Below, piece after piece: positions 38,201 to 50,500 of a stretch of 64,000 nucleotides of DNA (the stretch's first letter is position 1; the number at the start of each line of letters is the position of its first letter). Position numbers and translations under genes: made by a program. The DNA lies in assembly GCA_965637545.1 (NCBI GenBank), contig OZ281501.1:11594001-11658000 (forward strand), in the 5' to 3' direction. The notes beneath the pieces were generated by a model. That model searched no databases. It saw only the letters and a list, made by a program, of their open reading frames with translations, and was not told the DNA's origin. The stretch comes from Phallusia mammillata (lineage: Eukaryota).

Positions 38201-41200
38201 CTAAAGATTTACTTGTTTTTTTTCTGGTCTGTGTATATCACAGGGCCACATACTACTGTAGTGTGATTCGATACAGTTGTTTCATTCTTCTGGTTTTGTG
38301 CCTTTTAAACATTTTAATTTAGTTGATCTAACTGACAAATATTGTACAGGAGAAGGACTATGAAAACAACAGTGATGCCGAATCAAAGAAATCAAGGAAA
38401 CAGGAAAAGAAAAATCAGGAAAAATCTGCTGAAGCTGAAGATGATGATCTTGTTAGGTAAACAGTTTTCCTTCATAACATTATAATTTTTAAAAATACCT
38501 TCAAAATTAAATTACTTATGATTTTTAGGCGCATACCAAGTGACTTGCCACTATCCCATATCAGAGGTTTGGTTGTGCGGCAAGAGAAAGAGGGGATTGT
38601 GTCCATATTTCATAACATTGACTTCTCTAAACTTGCACCTGAGAGTGAATTTGCAGATGAGAAGGATTCGTATGAGGATCAATTTGTGTCTTTGTTTGGT
38701 TCAACTTCAGGAGAAAGCAAACCAGCAAAAACAAGTCCACTCAATATGAGCAAAAAGGCACTGAGAAAAATTAAAGTAGCACCCAAAGGTGAAACAAACA
38801 AGAATAGCAAATGCTGGTTTAGTTTTTGCTTGGTATAATTTGTTTTGAAAAAAATCTTTGTTTTTAGCTCCAAGAAGTGTTGCCCATATGACAGAGGTCT
38901 CCTTGTCTGAAAGAATTGGTGCAATTATGGAAGCAAATAAGGCAGAGGAAAAACAGAAAAATGTGTCACAGAAGGTAAATTATTTGATTATGTTGGTTAA
39001 GGTACTTAAGATCCATTGCACTAGAAAGTATAACACACAACAACATCACTTACATTAATTGTCTAAATGAGTTTAAAATTGCAAAAAAATAACATACCAA
39101 ACAGGCCCAGGGTGACATTGCTGTGTGGTGAAAGTTACAAAATTGGTGTTTCGTAAATTATTACATCATCATAATCACATCCTGGTATATTTGACCTTGC
39201 TTCTTGAACAACGGCATGAACCCCGACCTTTGTTAATATTCCACCAGGTATCAGTGAACCTTGCCAGCTTGTCATGGGTCGACGACAAATATGAAAAACC
39301 GAAGTCACCTGTGAAGTCACGTTCATCAACTCCTGACAAACGACGTCACAGATCGCGTACGTCATCTTATGGTTCCGAATCATCACGATCCCGTTCGAGA
39401 TCAAGGTCATCGAGGTCAGGAAAGTCACTGCCCAAAGCTTACAGTGGGGGAGATCGAAGGTGTGCGATTATTCACACTGTTTGTCAATACCCGCTAGCAC
39501 TTGTGTACAAACGCGTTAATCCCAGCACAGAAATATTCATGCAAAGCAACAACAGTTAGGGTGTGTACCAACGGTAATTTTTTCAAAACCAAACGTTAGG
39601 GTTCGAAATCGCTGTCACAATGTATCGGTAACAACGTCTTTTGTTCAGGACTTGTTCTGTGCGGTTAAAATTTAAACGAAAAAACAGCAGTTTATGACCA
39701 AACTTGCTATCTTTGTGACAGTTCTACAATCAATTTTCGTATTTTACAGCTTTGAGCGTCACAGGGATCATCATGACAGCAGCAGGTCACGATCCAGGTA
39801 ACATGTTTGTTACTTTCCGATAACAAGGGTATTGTATTGCCTCGCCTCCTTAGTAAATGATTTATAAAAGAGACTTGCTGATACATCAAACAAACGGCTT
39901 TGGCGCCAAAAGTACCGTATCAAGTCACGAACAACTTGCCACGTGTTTGCTCGCCTTCACTGGCATTATGAGAAATCTTCGCTTTTTGGAGAACCGTTAA
40001 GCTAAACCCGACACGTTTTAAAGTTTTTGTTTCCAAAGTCACCATAATAAGGCCTTTTATTTGTCATAGTACGCCAGGCCCATTAAAGGCGTGATACCGA
40101 ATCAGCCGGTCCCCCAAGCATTCCTATACGGCAAGGCACAGGCTAGAAAAATCTAGACTGCGGTTGGATTCGCCTTTGATTTGTGGGTTTTTATCAGAAT
40201 AGGTTTTTGCCCAAGAGAGTTACCCAGCTTAATGTGTGCGAATATAAGTTTGTTAGTTATTACAGAAAAAATTTGAGCTACGATTCTGCTAAATCATAGT
40301 AAAGTAATACAAAAAAAGAATTTATATCTGACATTGCATATTAGGTTGCATTACTGGGAAACTCAACAACCTGGTTATTTTGATTTTATCAATATAGATC
40401 TAGGGATGGCGATCGTCGTCCATACAGGAATAACAACCGTGGTTATTTCCAACCCTACAACAACAGATACAACCAAAGATACCAACAAAGGGGAAGAGGT
40501 TAGCACTAATGCCTGACATTTGTTCTTTCATTTAGATTTGTTTTGGTTGTGAAATGGCAGTTACTGCTGTTTTGTGCTAGATAAAAGATGGAATGTTTGT
40601 ATTATGCTTGTGCTATTAAATATCACGATATAGTTCCATGCCCTATGTGGTAATTGTATCACGTTTCAGGCAATTTCGTGAATTATCGTGCAAGAGGTCG
40701 GTTTTTCCATCGAGGCTTTAACAACAACAGAGGTTACAATAATTACAATAACTACAACAACAATTACAGAGGCAGAGGATACTACAACAACAATAACAGG
40801 TAAAAGCGGTGGCATTGTTTTTGCAGTTGGGACTTCCATCACAATCGCATTTCTTACCATAGGGTTTGTTCCACGACATGCTTTAAGATGCAATGGAATC
40901 ATAAACGTAACCTGTTGTGTATTTATTTTTAGAGACCAGAATCAGTGGAGAAATAGACGCCACAGTTATCGCTCTGATGATGAGGAACGCAGAGACAGGT
41001 AATAATGTGGATCTGTTTAAGATACATATGATTATATAAATGAAACAAAGCAGCACAATGCATTTTCAAATCACGTTTAGGCGTTTTGTTTCATGCTACC
41101 ATTTGTGGGGATCATTAAAAAGTGTTATTTGTGTAGACGCCGATCTCGCAGCTATTCGATAAGCGACCGTCGCACAGGCAGTAGTGGAAGTAGTGATGAA

Positions 41201-41719
41201 GATGATCGACGCGATGCACGCCAAGACAAGCAAGAGAAAAACTCCTCGCAGGTTAGTGATGGCTTGATTTTCAAACAATGCTTTCGAAACTTAACGCTTT
41301 AACGATTTCACTTGCTTGCAGGCACAAGAAACCGAGCAGCCCTATCCAAGTGGTAAGTATACATTTCCCCCTGTTGTTTTTTACAGTTGAGTTTGACATT
41401 AGGCCAACCGTTTTTCAAGGTCTATTTTCCACGCACGTACGCCCTAATAACCACAACAAGGAATTAATCCTTACTAAGCATACTTATTAGTGAATAACAC
41501 ACGTTAATTTTTGTTTACTTTTACGGTTTTATTAGCACATACAAAAACGCTAATCATCCAACAAAGAAAAAAATATTCCTAATTTTTAATTGTGCGAACC
41601 ATAATGTTGCAGAGGAAGGTACTCAAGGAAACCAACAGATGGAAGAAAACGTTAAAGTTCGTCGAAAGTCACCAGAACAGTGGACCCATGACATGTTTGA
41701 AGAACACGAGAAGGAGTAA
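29223..41719 (+). CDS. Large multi-exon RS/RG-rich nuclear protein, BCLAF1/THRAP3-like; start codon not resolved
   Basis: More than 20 GT-AG exons, most junctions phase-checked (e.g. 29223-29255, 29503-29694, from 32176, from 32345, 38530-38788, 38868-38973, last exon 41613-41719 TAA). Motifs include SRSRSRSYSRSRSRDRSYS, RGRG/YNN-rich tracts, IVSIFHNI...FVSLF, MTEVSLSERIG and a terminal SPEQWTHDMFEE. These resemble recalled BCLAF1/THRAP3 motifs. Confidence is higher for the gene than for the family call. Confidence 0.7.
29821..29925. mobile_element. Left end of a degraded hAT-like element in an intron
   Basis: TAGGCTTGCCATATGTCCC terminus followed by repeated TGTCCC subterminal motifs. Confidence 0.5.
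30097..30398. mobile_element. hAT-type MITE (302 bp), intronic
   Basis: Perfect 14-bp TIRs TAGTGATGGGACGA / TCGTCCCATCACTA, a perfect 8-bp TSD GTAGGTGA (30089-30096 and 30399-30406), and TACTCGGTA repeats. Confidence 0.95.
30430..31761. mobile_element. Non-autonomous TA-flanked DNA transposon (~1.33 kb, Tc1/mariner-like), intronic
   Basis: TIRs TAGTCAAGTGGGGTAAAAAAA / TTTTTTTACCCCATTTGACTA (one mismatch), with TA on each side. No intact transposase ORF. Confidence 0.8.
40069..40165 (+). repeat. Dispersed repeat fragment, copy B (related to 21842-21900)
   Basis: Same ordered sequence blocks as copy A, with an internal insertion. Confidence 0.6.
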
Positions 41720-42643
41720 AGCTTCCCCAATGATCTGTGTTATTATTGGCGATTCAACTAAACGGCTTTTGTGATTTCTCGTTGCTAGAACTATGGGCCT
41801 ATGTTTGTACATATGTAAACCGCTTCGCCTTTTACTGTTTTATGAAAAGCCGCGTGCTGTTGTAATAATAAAACTGTCTATGCTGGCTTTCTTTGAGTTA
41901 ACTTCAGTTTTTTTAAGACGTGGAATATGTTGTGAAAAATATGTCCCAAAGCCACTCGGAGACATTAAAACAAGTTTCCAGAACTGGAACTGCTTAGGAA
42001 CACTGTACATGGAATGCTTACATTTTGTGGTTTTTGCTTGGGCGGAAGGTCTTTGTCAAGGGTCAGCAAGTTTACCAGACTCATCACGGTGCTAGTTTTG
42101 TCTGATTGCATTGCCTCTATTGCAGGTTGTTTGACACCATTCGACGTGACGAGGTGTCGGCCTTCAAGGGTTGTAAACTTTTTTACTCAAGTGCCACTTG
42201 GATGTTTCGTACAGTAAATGTGTACCACTTGCATCCAGGGAATAGGCTGCAGCAACTGTACCGCAGTTGGAAACCATCGTTGGCATAAAATGTAAAATGT
42301 CAGTTGTTTGTGCAATGGCAGGCTGTTACTATTTCGCAGAAATTTTTGTGACATTTAACGTGATGTCGTCAATCTGACTTGATATATAAGACAGGAGTTA
42401 CCAAGTCATACCTAACATCAACGGGGGTGGTAGTGACGAGCGGACGAAGAAAGCAACTTCTTGAGGAAAAACGCACGTAACGTTTATGCAAGTCATGCCA
42501 CGTTGGGTCTGCCGACTGTCGGCTGTCCATGTTTTGCGGTCTTCAGGACGAGACGACTTGCAGAGTGTATTATTGGAAGACATTTTTTTTCCTTTTTTTA
42601 TTTTTACAGAAAATAAGCTAGATATTTGCTGCAACCCAGAAAT

Positions 42644-45452
42644 ATGTCTGCTCCTCAACTCGGCAAGGTTTTCCCCAACTTTGAAGCTGAAAGTACTGTT
42701 GGAAAGATAGACTTTCATAAATACATTGAAGGATCGTAAGTATTTTTAAGTATTTAACTACATTGAAGCTTGCATTGTTTGGACTGTGAACTGGAGTTAA
42801 CTTGACCCAAATTTAGTTTTAAACTTAATTAACTTTACTATTTATAGATGGGCAATTTTGTTCTCTCACCCCGCTGATTACACCCCAGTGTGTACGACGG
42901 AGCTGGGCACTGCTGCAAAACTGGAACCAGAATTTAAAAAACGTGGCGTAAAAATGATTGGTCTATCAATTGATTCAGTGGAAGACCATAAAGGTTGGAT
43001 CAAGGTAAATGAGATAATAAATGGTATAACACAACAAATGCCTGCTAACAAAATCCAAAATTTGCAACCTTATCTTATTCTGTTTGTTTAAAGGACATCC
43101 AAGACCACAACAAAGAAAACATAATCTAATTCCATTTGTTTAAAGGACATTCAAGACTACAACAGTGTGAGCTGTTTTCCTTATCCATTAATTGCTGCAG
43201 ATCGTCCTCTGGTTAGTAAGTTGGGAATGTTGGACCCAGATGAGATTGGCAAAGATGGATTGGCCCTAACAGCTCGATGTGTAGGCTCTTGTTGTTTTAT
43301 TTTTGGAAATTTTGCAACCTAAAATGTAACATAAACTATATTTTTTTAAGGTTTTCATTGTTGGCCCAGACCAGAAATTGAAGCTTTCCCTTCTTTACCC
43401 AGCAACAACCGGAAGAAACTTTGAGTAAGATTTTGTAAAGAGCCTTACAATAGTTTAAAACAAGGCTAAACTAGTTTTTAAAGGTCCTTGCTGCATCATC
43501 AGTCAAAAAACTACTGCACTGATGCACTCCAAGTTCAGTGCAGTATTTTTAATTATACTAATGCAAACCTATTGTTTGTTTCAACTACTAATTCATTTGT
43601 GAGTCACATGATGGGCGAAATTGCATTAATATTTCTCGTCATATTGAAATGGTTCTAAATTTTATGTAGTAATTGTCTGTTTGCCACTAATGAAGCACTT
43701 AAAGTACAAAGTAAATACATTGGTGAGGCTGTATGTATATCTTGGTGGAACAAAAGTATGAATTAACCAAATGTTATCATAAACTTTGCCAAAGTTCTCA
43801 CCACAACATGCAAGGGAAGATTTATCTAGTTGCATTCACCTTGCATAAGTTGAAGCGCAGTTTATAACATAAAAAACAAAACTAAAATAATATTAAAGTT
43901 ATTGGTAAGCAAATGCTATATTTTGTTACTTGTGAAGGACCATTTTTGTCACAGGAGGCTTATTTCATTCACTAATTTACACTCATACATTTGTATGATT
44001 TTACATCACATTTGAAACACCCCTTCTATTTTCAGTGAGATCTTGAGAGTAATTGATTCACTGCAGTTGACTGCCAACAAGAAAGTAGCAACACCAGCAA
44101 ACTGGCAGGTAAAAAAACATTATTTAGGTTCTGTCGGTTTAGCAGTGGATGTTATGTTGTGATGTCATGCCTCCTGGCAATTTGTACACATTCCAATATT
44201 ATTTATGAGACACTGGTTAAAACCATTCTGTTTTTGCCAGAGGTTTTAGTAAAAACTTTTTATAATTGACATATTTGCCTCTAGTTAGTTGATTTTTTTG
44301 TTGTTTAATCCTCTTTTAAAATTTTATGTTCACTTAAACAAAAAATATTTTACACATAGTAGTAATGGCTTCAATAGTCTTTGAGGAAGTTAATTCAGGT
44401 TCAGCAAAGCTTATGACATTTTGTATGTTCATTGTTTGTGAGGTGTTGGCTAAAATTTAAAAAAAAAGAAGAAAAAAAGAAAAACAGAAGCTGTTTGTAC
44501 CCAACGGTTGCAAAATTGCCAGCAGCAAAATACTTTACAAATCCCCCAAAAGATCCCATGAGCAAATGCATTTGACAGCAAGTTTTACAAGTTTAATTGC
44601 CAGTTAACTAAGACATTTGGTTGGGTGATATTACAACATTTTTTGTTGCTGCCCTACTGAACGTGATGTTTACCAGACAGTCAGGCCAGGCCGTGCAGGT
44701 CGGCAATGGAAAATTCCCACTGAACGTTTTGTAATGGTTGACTGCCTGTGGTTAGGGTGTTAGTTTCAGTGCTGTTGAAACTAGTTTTGGACGGAACGCT
44801 TTATTTTTTGTTATTGCAACAAAATAGGGCAAAATAGCGTTTTTATAACCATTACTGCTATATCAAGCTTCATTTGCTGTAACGTTCGTTAGTTTTTGTC
44901 AAAAAAGAAAACAAGCTGACTTAGTTAATTAGCTAAATTGACACAATACTGCACAGCCGTCATAATTTCCTGAACCCAATGACTGGTTTTGCCTGATATC
45001 ACTGATAATGCCATGATCATTTGCCGAAACGTTTGAATAACAAAACATATCTTTATGGGTCATTATATTCACCATTAAAATGAGCAGTGATGGCTATTTA
45101 AATGTAGTGTCTCAGATGCAGCACCCAACTAATAGCCAACTTGTGTTTCATATCACCTCAACATATCCAGTACCCTGTTGTTCACTGGCATTTAGTTCAG
45201 ATGGTGTTTATTTTAATGTTTAGCTCTTATGCATACAGAAAAGTTTGTGGTCGTGCTGCGCTTTGGTGGATGCGCACAATGCAAAAGGAGCATTTTCTAA
45301 TATTACAATATCTGCTTTTTTAGTCGGGCGGAGACTGCATGATTATTCCATCAGTTTCCAATGACGAAGCGGCTCAAAAGTTTCCGGGTTTCAAGACAGC
45401 AAAAGTGCCTTCCGGAAAAGCTTACATTCGAACCACCCCCCATCCAAAATAA
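42644..45452 (+). CDS. PRDX6: Peroxiredoxin-6 (1-Cys Prx), 219 aa
   Basis: Exons 42644-42735, 42848-43004, 43146-43280, 43351-43424, 44036-44108 and 45324-45452 total 660 nt in frame. Motifs [44 protein letters not shown] and VPSGKAYIRTTPHP are diagnostic. Confidence 0.97.
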
Positions 45453-45823
45453 AAGTATTAAATGACATGGTATTTCACTAACCCTAACCTTTTTGTGTTC
45501 AATCGTGGCCTTCTAAACATGACGTTGAAAATAAATCACTAAACATTGTGTTGTGTTCTATCTGTCATGTTACCCATTCCATATTCATCACAATAAAATA
45601 TGCACCGGTACTTACTACGGGTTTTGGGCTCTTTCGTGTTTGTTTAATGTTGTTAGAAAACAGAATTATTCCCCTGAACACTGGATTTGACGCCCTGAAA
45701 TACTTGGTGGCCAATGAAGTGTGAGTATGCACACTGGAGAAGTTGCTGGGTTTTGCAAACAGTCACGCTGCGGGCCAGATAAAAATTATGAATGACGCAC
45801 GAGAGCCGGGTAGCTGATAAGCC

Positions 45824-46048
45824 CCAGTCTCTCCCAAACTGGACCCGCTAAACGATTTTGACGGGATCGCTAAGAACTCACGGCCCCTCTGTAATAATAG
45901 TTGAACTTGAATGGCGCGACTGCTAAATTATTTGTAAATATGCTACCCCAACGCGAGTGTTCTATAATCCATACGATTAAAAAAACAATTTTAGTACCGT
46001 CGGTGACAGGGTAAAATGACGTGGCGCGTCGTAGGTTGGTGACCCCTG
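45824..46048. mobile_element. Degraded hAT-like MITE
   Basis: Diverged termini CAGTCTCTCCCAAACT / AGGTTGGTGACCCCTG. No matching TSD. Confidence 0.4.
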
Positions 46049-46187
46049 GAGTAGACCGTGGTCCCCAAATATACGCACGATTTTTTTTCTTTGTAAAACG
46101 ACGATAGCCTTAACAGTAGCGACGCTAACTTGGATTAACTGTAACTTTTCGTGCAAAATTTGGGTTTTTTTTAATATTTTTTTTAGA

Positions 46188-46282
46188 TTTTTTTTCACGG
46201 GGTTCGAACCCAGGACGAATCCCGATCAGGTTTTTTTATGTCTGTATATGGGTCAGGCGTTTTTTTTTTAGACCATTCGGCC
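46188..46282 (-). mobile_element. tRNA-derived SINE, copy 2
   Basis: The reverse complement reads GGCCGAATGGTCT(A)nCGCCTGACCCATATACAGACAT(A)nCCTGATCGGGATTCGTCCTGGGTTCGAACCCCGTG(A)n, nearly identical to 24949-25052. Confidence 0.88.
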
Positions 46283-47510
46283 TTTGTTTGGGGCAAGATG
46301 AAATGTTTGCATAGCGCCGGATACCAAGCAACACATTTAAACTGAAATGCCACGCGATGGTGCTAGCGTGTGGTGAACAACTTTATTCCAAGGGCGAGAT
46401 CTTGTCTGAAACCCGAAGTGTTCCATAAACAAAATCTCTCAAGGGCCCTGATGGATGTAATGAAATGGTTGTTAAGTATGTTCGGTTTGAAAAAAGCTGC
46501 AGTAGCCTAATACGTTCGGGTAAAACAACTTTAACTTAGTTATACACTTGCATTTACAATATCTCCCATGTCAGTGCATCTCATCTGTTAATTTTCTGTC
46601 TTTTCATAGCATCGTTAGTAACGCCCTGGCTCACCCACAACCTATCCTGTTCTTGCGCTCCTTAAATTTAGTGCTTATTCCGCAATGATCTCTTGCATCT
46701 TCCTGAGTTAATGTGGGCATATATTCATCATGTATTCCTTCCCAAGTTTAGTGTTTTTGTCACTTTAGTTTAGTGCTTTGTCACATTAGCGACCTCTTTC
46801 CAAGTTTCAGCCGGGGGCCGCATACAATCTTAATTCACCCCTGTTGTGTGGGTTTAAATCAGTTGACATCCTCAGGCCTGTCGTTGAAGGGTTTTTAGTT
46901 AAATAATTTTGTTGCTGCTGAAGTTCGTGACTCTATATAAGTTACAAAATCGTATTAGCTAATATTTCATTGTAACAGTTTTGTCAAATTTTGACTAATA
47001 TCAAAAACCTATATAATCATAAACATTTACTTCTTGAACAAGCATTCTGAATGTTAAAATGTTAAGTTGGCAGAAGTATATTACCAATAATTTTTAGATG
47101 CGGAAATTTATTTGTAGCACAGTAGAGTGAAAGAAAAAAATAGGTACGCAAATCAATAATAAATACGAACAAAAACTATTTTGGTCTAATATTGTCATGT
47201 GAGCAGCTTGTGGAAATGTTTAGCGCCCTGTCACAGTACATGTAGACCTAGTTTAAACGTACACAGTGTATGAAAAGTGGCAAAGCTTTCAGCAACAAAG
47301 AAGTATGTAAAACAAAAGCTTCAGCTGAACAATGTAGGCTAGTTCATTTAGTGTTTCGGTTTTCGCCGTTTTGTGGAGTGTTAAACCGGGTACAATCAAA
47401 ACCATAATAGTTTTTTTCTTAACCCAGATTATGGCATGAACTTTATGCCCATTCTGTGTCACCAACGACGTTTCTTTTTTTCGCGGGGCAAAATAGGAAA
47501 TACGAAAGTT

Positions 47511-50500
47511 TCACATGTCTTGCGTTCGCACAATTTTTGGCTCGCAGAGTCGTTGAACAAAGGCCTCTCTGTCAGCTTGGGAAAGGTTCAATAAATTGTC
47601 ACATGGACAGGAGGATTCTAGAAGACATTGACTACGTGTTGTTACGCCAGTGCGTTTTGCAAATTGGAAACCCGATCTTTTCGACGTCGTTACAGACGTG
47701 TTGTTGTTGTTACTTGCATTGCGCATCGGTGCCATCTCTTTGGTCGGTGAGTTCAGTTTGCTCGCGGACGACGACTTGCTGCCAGGCAACAAGCCGACGA
47801 GAAGACTTTCCAGCGGACTTCTTCGACTTGCGACTTCTCTGTAAAAACTGGATCGCAGAAATCGAGGATACGAGTCGTTTTCCATGATGTGAAAGATTTT
47901 TCGTTGAGCTGATTCGAACACGTCGTTAGGCAAGGGGTCACCGCATGTCACGGACAAGGCGACTTGTCGTTGTGTAATGTGGTCGATATTTACCTGCATA
48001 ATCAAATAACGTTGTTACGCTTATGATGTAATAACAAAGTTCCCAGTATAACGCACAGTCGGTAACCATCCAAACCAAATCGTATTGCATCGTTTAAAAC
48101 AAACTAGCAATTCACAGAAATGTTTTAGCTGGTGTAGCATATACGTAGACAGTTTACGTGGGTCATTGGTATTTGTTGCGTCTATAAATAACCGTTTGCC
48201 ACAATTTAACGCATTTGATTGCACAGACAAACAAAACTGAATCTAAATGAATTGTATCTAACCCTGCACGTACGCAACGCACACTATATTTATCTCAGTG
48301 GTTTTGTGACTAATCAGCCTCGAGGTTATTCGGTGGCTAACGTGACATAACGTAAAACACTTCTGGTGCTACGTGCTATTTTGAACTGTTTTTGTTTTTA
48401 CACTCTGAACTCGGAATGCGGGGAACTATGACTGTACTGTGGAATTGACAGTCAAATGACCCCGATTTCTCAATAAACCCAACACACCAGCAGCGATCAG
48501 TCCTAACCAAATTAGGTTAACAAAACGGGAAAATTAAGAAAATTACCTGGTGGGGAGAGCGGGATGAAATGTACTGCTGGTAAATGTGCTCTCCTTCGCG
48601 AAGTCGCTGGTCAGCGGTCTTCAGTTTTTTGAATTTCTCGCAAGAGCACCAGAACTTGAGATTTTCCGAGCTGTATTCTGAGTCGAGAAAGTCGTGGAAC
48701 GCCATGCGCATTTCTGCGGGAAAGCAAATAGGTTTATACGTTGGTAGAACATCCGGTAAAATATCAAGTAGGTGGATCTCATTACGGTGTGTTGTTTCCC
48801 GGATACCCAAACTCATCTAATAATATTATCTATTTGTGACGCACGTCACTGTACGCCCACTAATTTCACACTAGTTTAGACTTGCTTTTCTTGCGAATGG
48901 ATTACTAAGCATCTTAAAATATTATAGCCATATGGCAGCATCAAAACTTACTTTTGTTATCCAGTGTGTTTAAAAGTGATGATGCCTCATTAGTGCTTGT
49001 GTTTTGTGGTCTCTTCATGATGGCTGAAGTAAAAAATGCCGAAACTGGTCTTGAACGTTTGTTTGAAGAACCAGGTGTATCAGGCCCTCCAAACGTTGAT
49101 ACGGTTTTATCGCGTCTCTGCAGAAAAATATAATGTTACCAGATTGTATTCACTTATTTGTTGGATGATCCCAACCCAAGTTGATACACAAATGTTGTTA
49201 CAATTATTATTCTTTCAACACCTGAGCTAAGGTTTCATCACGCTACGAATTATCTTACCAAAAAGCAACTTAAAGGCAAGTGTAAACTTACGGGTGAATT
49301 ATTTGTCTTCTTTTTTCGAAGTCGGACTTGGCTTGTGCCCTGTAAGTTTAAATCGCTCGGTTCCGACTTCTGTCGTTGCTTAAGGTTCGAAGTGTCGATG
49401 ACAGTTGATACGTCCGAAAGTAGAGGGGCGCTGTGTCTACTTAAGTTTTGCTTTGAGGTTCCGAGACAACTCGTATCTCTTGGAATCTGACTGTCGCTAA
49501 TCCGTTTTTGCTCAAGATCGTTTGACAAGGCTTCGTCTTTTTGACCAGCGTACCAGGTTGTGCGTCGTTGTGACAAACTGTCCTCTACGTCAAGAGTCTT
49601 TATTGTAGGAATCACTGATTTTTTTTCAACTTCTTCTACTGAAGTCAGTTTTCGATATCTACCGTGGCTACAAAAACAAAACAAACATCTGTATTTAGGT
49701 TTGCTCAATAAAAAACTATTTTGCTAAGGCTAGCGCTCCCTAAGGCAGCGGATGCGAACTGACGCGTCTGGTGCGCAACACGTCGCTATATATAACCTCG
49801 CTCTGACGTCACGAAAGCGGCAGACGGTGAAGTCGAGTGCTCGTCATGAGCTCTAGGTAACGCAACAGGCGTTTTCAACAAACACTTGCGTGCCTGGAAT
49901 GCAAATCAAGCTCATGGAAAGACGCAGCGTGACGTGCATCCCCTGTCAACTTTCTATTGTTTTTGTAAATTTGAAGCAACCGCGCAACAACGTATTGAAA
50001 GTTGCGTCATGCATTGTTGTGGCGTTTCTTCACCTAAATAACTTCGGGTTGCTGTTTCTAAGTCATCAAAACACTACTGCAAATTTACATGAAAAACATA
50101 TATCGAGGAGAATAGCCAAAATATAGAAACTGAAAACACTGTTTAAATTTGGTACATTAAACAGTTTATATAGGTATCATACGCATGAAATACGTATGGA
50201 GTTCGTATTATGATCCCAACACGTTTTCGACGCATATGTTTCCGAACTTGTTTTAAGCGTATTTCCTTATCTAGCTGGCATGTATTGGTTGTTTGGCATG
50301 GTAGCCATCCACTCAAATTTTGATTACTGGATGTTTTTCAGCCAAACGGAACACTTCCAAAGTCGATTACCCGAGGTCATTGCCTCCAACGTGGCCAAAA
50401 CACGTCACCACCAGTGGCCAACATTGCTGCAAAGCTACTGGGTCGAAGTGAGCGTAAACAACCCAATCTTGGTATTATTTAAAGACTGTTTATGATTTCA

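Noticed and set aside
41720-42643. Operon linking the BCLAF1/THRAP3-like gene and PRDX6
   Set aside because: A TATA-like TATATAAG near 42383 and a possible donor (GTAACG near 42477) suggest PRDX6 has its own promoter and 5' exon. An operon cannot be supported from sequence alone.
47290-47312. Partial match to the 3' half of miR-1 (AAAGAAGTATGTA)
   Set aside because: The seed is absent and there is no hairpin, so it is a chance match.
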